A DNA stretch of 64,000 nucleotides from Rhynchopus sp. YZ270_cl-10 (lineage: Eukaryota), in assembly GCA_964035575.1 (NCBI GenBank), contig OZ037846.1, positions 744,001 through 808,000 on the forward strand, written 5' to 3'. Each line of letters opens with the position of its first letter. The first letter of the stretch is position 1. The position numbers and the translations under genes are program-made. Below, piece after piece: positions 57,176 to 64,000 of the stretch. Below the pieces are notes generated by a model. That model saw only the letters and a list, made by a program, of their open reading frames with translations. It did no database searches and was not told the DNA's origin.

Positions 57176-58796
57176 GGGAAGAGCATTCGTAGGGTAGATG
57201 TGTGGTACACCTCCGTCCGCACATGTATAGTTTGCTTTAATTGATTAATGTACAGTCAGATGCTCCTAATCTACTTGTGTTTAACGACTGTTGACCTCCA
57301 AAAGAGCGGTAAATACATTGTGCTGTGGTACAGAGAGTTTAGGGAGTGGCGGCATAAAAAGGGGATAACTAGGTGCATAAAGAAGCGTCCGCTGGGTAAA
57401 ATGTGGAGTACGCCTCTCTGGGCGTACTTCGAGTGCGGAGGGACCTGGGGCTTCAATAGCGAGAGAGAATTATGCATCAGGGATTTCTACGGTGTGAGAA
57501 GTGTGGTAGAGATGTGGAAAAATGGGTAGGGGGAACGCTGAACGAGCGAACGAAAGGCTTTTGATTGGGTAACATGTGGGGAAAGACAGCAGAAAAGCAA
57601 CAAAATACCCGTTGTAAATAGGGGGACATGAATAACACGCTTGTTGTCAGGGGCTAGCAGCGCGACGTAAGTCGTACTGCAGCCTATGACACAAGATTAA
57701 ACACAGAACATAATAATATTAATCAACAACAACTCAGTCACGACTAACTACCGTTACGGAGGTACTCCTCAAGCGGGCCAGGCAGGAAACTCTCGCTGAC
57801 GAGGTACTTCAGGGCGGTCGCCGGCTCTCGCATGAGGAGGGTATGGAGGTCCGGGAGGCTTTCGCTACACGTTTGTCGGCAGGAGAAGAACAGGTGCTTC
57901 AGGGTGCAGGGCTTGTCGCATCGCAGGCATGTGGCAGTGTTCGACGAGGTGCGGAAGTCGAACGTTAGCTGGTTGCTGCCAGCTCGGAGGCTGCGGATGG
58001 TGGTTTCCCCCCTGCGGGTGAGGTCCGTGCAGTGGACGGGAGGTTGCAGCACCGCTACGTCCGCTCCGGCCTTCCTGGCGTACACCGTGTTCGTGCCGGG
58101 CTGCTCGACGGAAGGGGTGTTCGCCAGGTGACGTCTCGCACATGATCTGGCGGCAGAGAAGGACAGGCCAGGGCTCTGCACCATCTTGGTGCCTTCTGCG
58201 GCCGCAGCGTCAGCAGCATCATTGCCCAGGACCTGCACATGCGAGGGGACGTAGTGCAGTATTAGGTTTATGTTGTTGCCGGCAAGCCGGTGTAGTCCTT
58301 TCCAGAGTTTGTGTTCGAAGTCCTCTCTGGCCTTCTTGGGACCGCTCTCTAGCGCACGCAGGGACGATTGCGAGTCTGTGAGGATGGCGCAGGTGGCCCC
58401 AGGGGTTGCTTTGTCAAAGAGAAGGTCAATGGAGTGGCCTATGGCGATCATTTCGGCTTGAAAGCTGCTTGCGCCGGTGCCGGCCCCGTAGGAGAAGGAG
58501 CAGTTGGGTTCTCGCATCTCGGGGAGCTTGTACAGCACTACCCCAGCACCCCCGCTTTTGCCCTGGACAGAGCCGTCGGTGTAGGCGTGCCATTCGCAGG
58601 GGGGAAGGCGTTGGAGGGCCTCCTCTGTGAGGAGCAGGAATTTTTCGTCATCTGGCTCAGGGTCGGAGCGGCGTATCCCAGGTATCGTGGCGGTGATACT
58701 TAGGCGGGGCAGTACGTCACTCCAATACCACGGGTCTACAGGCAGGTGACGCTGCATATCTGCCATATGCACCCCAGGTCTGCGGAACTCCTTGTG

Positions 58797-59204
58797 CAGT
58801 GCTACCAACGCGACAAGAGATTCTAGTCGCGCGACAAAGTGCCACTTGTCGCGCTGTCGCGCCCAAAAAAAATTTTTTTTTTCGACATCACAAAAATTTT
58901 CACCAAAAAAAAAAATTTTTTTTTTTTTTGGGTGTGGGCGATTTTGGAAAAAAAAATCCAAAAAAAAAAATCCAGAAAAAACCATCGCAGACGGTACAGT
59001 AGCGACGTAAGCAAAAGCCATCATTTTTTGACCAAAATTTTGCTAAGTACCCGGAAAAAACGCGATTTTTCCTAACAAAAAAAAAAAAAAAAGTGTCTCA
59101 AAATGGAAAAAAAAATTTTTCGATTTTTGCGACAACTCATTTTGTCGCGCTGTCGCGGGTGGTTTGTCGCGTGTCGCGCGCGACTTGTCGCGTTGGTAGC
59201 ACTG
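58797..59204. mobile_element. MITE with 7-bp TSD inside the LINE
   Basis: 21-bp TIR CAGTGCTACCAACGCGACAAG; CCTTGTG on both sides. Confidence 0.93.
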
Positions 59205-59491
59205 CCTTGTGTGCCTCGGAGGAGAGTCGCTGGGCGGCGGAGAGCCAGTTGTTGAGCGTGAGGGAGGCGGAGGTGTAGCCGCAGGCCGCTTTCCCTGGCG
59301 TGTCGGTGTGACGCCGAAACAACTCGAACGCAGTTACGGCGTCCAATCGCATCAGGTCCACTATCGGGGTCAGGCGTGCCTCCCACAGCAATTTGGCGCG
59401 AGACGTAGGCAAAGGACATCCGGTGATGATACGCGCCGCGGCGTTGTGTTCGGCCTCCAGCTTGTCCATCAGGTGTGTTGACAGCTGTGGA

Positions 59492-59883
59492 CAAGGCGAC
59501 CACTCGACCACGTGGTCGACCATGAAAATGACCTCCTCGACCATGGTCGACCACGTGGTCGACCACGTGGTCGACCATGTGGTCGACCATGGGGTCGACC
59601 ATGAGGTCGACCACCGACGTGTTTTGGTGGTCATACTGGGCCAAAACCGCCAGAAACTGCACCCACGAGGTGTTTTGAGGTCCTACAACGGGTTCCACGG
59701 CTATATGGGTGTCGACCACCCAAGGTCGACCCAAAAAAAAATTTTGGCAAAGACAAAATCCGATTTTTAACCTGAAAAAAAAAAAAAAAAAAGTGTTTTT
59801 TTTTTTCACAAAAAAAAATTTTTTTTTTTTTTCGTGGTCGACCACGCCAAAATGGTCGACCACGTGGTCGAGTGGTCGCCTTG
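59492..59883. mobile_element. CAAGG-ended MITE, copy 1
   Basis: 31-bp TIR CAAGGCGACCACTCGACCACGTGGTCGACCA; left flank CTGTGGA, right flank CTTATAC. Confidence 0.93.
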
Positions 59884-61057
59884 CTTATACAGGCTACTGT
59901 AGACCAGAATCCTTGTCATTTTTCTTGAAATTTCTGAAAAAAATCAGGGAAAAATTCAAAATTTCAGAATTTTGTGACTTTTTGGGTATTATTTTTGATT
60001 TTTTGGCAATTTTTCAAAAAAAAACGGGAAAACGAGAAAAAAAACCGGACCCTAACCCACAGAATGAGCTCAATAGGCGAGCGAAGCGAGCCTATTGGGC
60101 GACTTTTGACCGTATTTTGGTTGAAAATTTGAGTTGAAAATTTTTTTCATAATTTGCCCAATCTGAGGTTTTCATTGGATTCTTTGGGCCATTTTATGAG
60201 GTACCACGGCAAATTTTGGGCGAAAAAAAAAAATTTTTTTTGGTCAAAAATCGCCTTGTATAGCCACTGTATTGGTGTAGGCTTGTGCACAGAAGTGTGT
60301 TTTGTGTAACCACAGATGGTCAAAACACCCGATTTTTGCGTTTTTTCGCATTTTTTGGTGCCCAAAAACCCAGGTCAGGGGTCGAAATTTTGCCGAAAAA
60401 AAAAATTTTTTTTTTGAGATTTTTCGATTTTTTGCTAAGGTGCTGGCCCATACAAACTGTACAGGGTGGATATTTTATACACAAAATGGCCAGGAAATAA
60501 ATATGTGATGCTCAAAACATCAAAATTTTTCGTTTTTTTGCATTTTTGGGCCAATCTGAGCCCAAAAAAAATTTTTTTTTCAGCTGAAATTTGTCTTTGC
60601 CAAAAAAAAAATTTTGGTCACTTTATCTCCCTCCTGCTCACTTTATCTCCCTGCTGCTCACTTTATCTCCCTCCTGCTCACTTTATCTCCCTCCTGCTCA
60701 CTTTATCTCCCTCCTGCTCACTTTATCTCCCTGGGGAGATAAAGTGAGCAGGAGGGAGATAAAGTGGGTAAATTTTACACCCTATAGGGAATAATTTTTG
60801 CGTAAGGGAGGGTATAAAGTGTACCCTGAGGGATACAATAGTTATTTATTCTACCCCCGGGGAGTCACTTTATCTCCCCCGAGGGAGCCAATATTTCCCC
60901 GAGGGCCCGTAGGGCCCGAGGGGAAATATTGGCTCCCGAGGGGAGATAAAGTGAACTCACCGGGGGTAAATATGTAATTTTGTATCCCAAAGGGTGCACT
61001 TTTGACCTCCCGAAGCAAAAAAAATGGCTTATAAGGCCTATGTAGGGTCTCTTATAC
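59884..61057 (+). mobile_element. Circularly permuted Crypton-like element
   Basis: B' (60816-60838) directly abuts the left end and palindrome (60841-60980), followed by B (60980-61002). The segment starts and ends with CTTATAC. There is a 20-bp tandem repeat at 60619-60732. Confidence 0.65.
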
Positions 61058-61461
61058 CAAGGCGACCACTCGACCACGTGGTCGACCATGAAAATGACCT
61101 CCTCGACCATGGTCGACCACGTGGTCGACCACGTGGTCGACCATGTGGTCGACCATGGGGTCGACCATGAGGTCGACCACCGACGTGTTTTGGTGGTCAT
61201 ACTGGGCCAAAACCGCCAGAAACTGCACCCACGAGGTGTTTTGAGGTCCTACAACGGGTTCCACGGCTATATGGGTGTCGACCACCCAAGGTCGACCCAA
61301 AAAAAAATTTTGGCAAAGACAAAATCCGATTTTTAACCTGAAAAAAAAAAAAAAAAAAGTGTTTTTTTTTTTCACAAAAAAAAAATTTTTTTTTTTTTCG
61401 TGGTCGACCACGTGGTCGACCACGCCAAAATGGTCGACCACGTGGTCGAGTGGTCGCCTTG
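61058..61461. mobile_element. CAAGG-ended MITE, copy 2 (direct orientation)
   Basis: Near-identical to 59492-59883 apart from one extra 12-bp unit; left flank CTTATAC, right flank CTGTGGA. Confidence 0.93.
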
Positions 61462-64000
61462 CTGTGGACCGTATATGCCAAGAGCATAGCGGATCAGGGG
61501 AAGTACGTATGTGAGATAGGTGGTGCGGAGGGTGTGTGTGTTAGCTCCCCACGTGGTTCCAGACAACATCTTCATCAGACCGAGCCTTTTTTGCACCCTG
61601 GTGATGACTGCGGTGGTGTGTGCCTCCATCGTCAAGGACGGATCCAGCGTCAATCCCAGGTATTTGGGTGTGGCGGAGTAGGGCACCCGAATACCGTTCC
61701 TCAGCCAAAGTTCTGTGTCGGCCGCTAACGGGTACTTGTTGAGGACGTTTCTTGTGCCGAAGAAGGTGAAGACGGTCTTTGTGCTGGAGAGGCGCATTCC
61801 GAGTGGCTCCATCGCCGCTGTGACACGGTTGATGACCGCTTGCGCCAATTCTTGCACTTCCCCTAATGTTTCCCCTTGCACGGTGACTGCCATGTCGTCG
61901 GCGAAGAATGTGGGATATGTTGCACTGAGGTCGTCGAGCGCTTCCGCAACTTCGTCCATAGCAGCGAGGAAAAGGAGGGGTGACAGTACTGTACCCTGCG
62001 GTACTCCAGCTCTCATCACGTACTGCGCACTCTTTGCTCCATCCACTGAAACACAGGCGGAGCGGTCACTGGTGAAGGCTTCAATCCAGTTGAGGTAGCG
62101 TGGTGGCAGGTGCTGCTTGTGCTTCAGCGCCTGGAGTATGCGCTTGCGAGACACAGTGTCGAACGCCTTTTCTACGTCGAAGAAGAGTGCGATGGTGGGG
62201 CGGTTCTTCCCCGCATTCACCCGCTGCATGAGCGCCGCGAGCTGGTCTATCGTGGAGAGACGACGGCGGAAACCTGCTTGTGTGCGGTGTGGGCCCCTGT
62301 ACTGCGGCAGGTCCGGACTGTCTTGCATCTGGGTGATGCGGCACTTGACCATCTTCTCCAAGAGTTTGCAGACGTTGCTCGTAAGAGAGATGGGGCGGTA
62401 CGACGCGGGGATGCTGGCGTCCTTCCCGTTCTTAGCGATGGGCACGATGTTGCTCTGCAGCCACGATGTAGGGAGTTCACCTTTGCACCAGGATAAGTTG
62501 AGGACGTGGAGTAAGGCGTCTCGTCCTTTGGGCCCAAGATGCAGCAAGAGCTCGTTGTGCATCTCGTCCAGCCCAGGTGCTTTGCCCAGCTTCAGCGAGC
62601 TCATCGCGTAATCGAGCTCCGGCAAGGTGAAGGGAGCTTCGCTTGCCGCTCCGGTGTAGCCCTCGCTCTGTGTGTTGTTGCGCCTAGCAGTACGCTGCGG
62701 GTTGGCGAGAGAAGGGGGCGTGCCGTCTCCACTCACTGCGGCGAAGTAGCGGGCCAGGGTGTTCGCTTTTTCCTGCGGTGTGTTCGTCAGAGGGCCCTCC
62801 GGGGTAGCGACTGCTTTGGTGATGGGTTTCACCCGGTCACCACTGAGCTCCTTCAACCTCCGGAAAGTGCTGCTGAGAGGTGGTGGTGTGGCGGCGTTGC
62901 AGCTACGCACCCATGCCTGCTGCTTCGCATCCATGATGGCACAGGAGGTGGCGACCTTCAGCTCTTTCAGCTTTTCGGCTTGGACGTCGCGTTCCGTCTC
63001 GTCCGCGGAGAGAAGTAGTTCCGTCACTGCGTTGCGTTCTTGCAGCAATTCATGGACCTGAGGAGTGAACCACGACTTCCTGACCCTTGGTGTGGAGGTG
63101 TGGTGGGAGAGTGGGATGTGTTTTTCTGCGATGTTCTTGCACAATCCCGTGAACCTGTTCACCGCATCTACACCACCCCAGTTGTGGGCCTTGGGGGCGT
63201 AACGCTCCAGCTCTGCCGTGTACGCCTCCCAATCCGCACGTGACCAGCACCATCTCAGCAGGTGTTCGGGCACTGTCGCGTCTTCGTCGCCTCCGTTCAC
63301 TTCCTCCCCTTCCGTCGGAGGTTGCACTGTGACTAGGATGGGGAGGTGGTCGGAGCCTCGTGCGCAAAGTGTGGTCCATGTGGCTTCTACGTTCCTGTGT
63401 ACCAAGGTGATGTCCGGTGAGGAGAAGACTGTTCCGGAGAAGCGCGTGACTGTGTTGGGGCAGTTGAGCACCTGCATGGCGTTGCGCAGCGACCACTGGT
63501 GTAGCTGTGACCCTTTGGCATCTGGCTTCGCTTGGAGGTCCCACGCAGGGTGGTGGACGTTGAAGTCACCGAGGATGATGGAGTCTTCGTCGGAGGGGAG
63601 GTCATCTGCAGAGAAGTCGTCCACACGCAGGTCATCAGCGCTGCTGCCTACACCTCCAGGTCGGTACAGGTTCGTCACCGTGTACTCCCGATGCTCCGTC
63701 GTCACCCTCACGTCAAGACGCTCCGTCACACTTGGCTCCCCGCTGGCCCAGGTGAGGGAGGCTTGGTGGCTTGTGTGCACCAGCGTGGCTATGCCGCCTC
63801 CGGAGTACAGGCTGCCATTGGGGGTGCGGCGTTGCGTGCGCTTCCGGAGGAAGGGGGTGTAGCCCGGGAACGCGGGCAGTGCTGTCTGCGCCTCCTTCAG
63901 CTCCTGCAGAGCCACCACATCGAAGTGCTCCGAGTTCAGTAACTCCTGCAGCTCCTCTTCCCGTTGCTCGGTCAGCCCGTTGCAGTTGAAGCTGATCAGC

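Larger units (their letters stand above)
57744..64000 (-). mobile_element. Non-LTR retrotransposon, I/ingi-like (APE-RT-RNase H-Cys/His), interrupted twice; 5' end is outside the window
   Basis: APE: SFNCNGL, VALQE, GDFNVHH, SDHLPI. RT: YRPISLTS, QAGFR, DVEKAFDTV, GVPQGTVLSP, FADD, YLG. RNase H: YTDGS, AEMIAI, TDSQS, VPSH, GNDAAD. C-terminus: CLRC...HLFFSC. Confidence 0.96.

Noticed and set aside
59492..61461. LTR retroelement (direct repeats around an internal region)
   Set aside because: Each repeat has its own 31-bp TIRs, TSDs are 7 bp, and the inner flanks are also duplicated; there are no TG...CA ends, primer-binding site or gag/pol.

Overview
Eukaryotic nuclear DNA, AT-rich with long homopolymer runs. 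It is probably a euglenozoan (diplonemid-like) protist, but that is an inference. All seven recognisable host genes lie on the minus strand: a giant Ala/Pro/Thr/Ser mucin-like protein, a 3-exon Kv-type K+ channel, a 3-exon MORN+SAM protein, a 4-exon TRAPPC6/Trs33, a dual-specificity phosphatase, a multipass membrane protein (FKBP15-like N-terminus plus gustatory-receptor-like C-terminus) and a membrane pseudo-cyclase. Introns are GT-AG, and the long ones are filled with nested mobile DNA. Mobile DNA includes an I/ingi-type LINE (APE-RT-RNase H) whose reading frame is restored by removing two insertions, a Mutator-like element, many MITEs with 2-8 bp target duplications, and 7-bp, 6-bp and 38-bp satellites. 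The most striking signal is a family of elements with a long end palindrome plus a subterminal inverted repeat, some carrying decayed tyrosine-recombinase-like N-terminal coding sequence (Crypton-like). One copy is circularly permuted, with its right end joined to its left end. It sits between two MITE copies in a cointegrate-like arrangement (TSD1-MITE-TSD2-X-TSD2-MITE-TSD1) inside the LINE. Two short hairpin motifs also recur many times, always in the same orientation. All calls were made by eye; no database searches were run.
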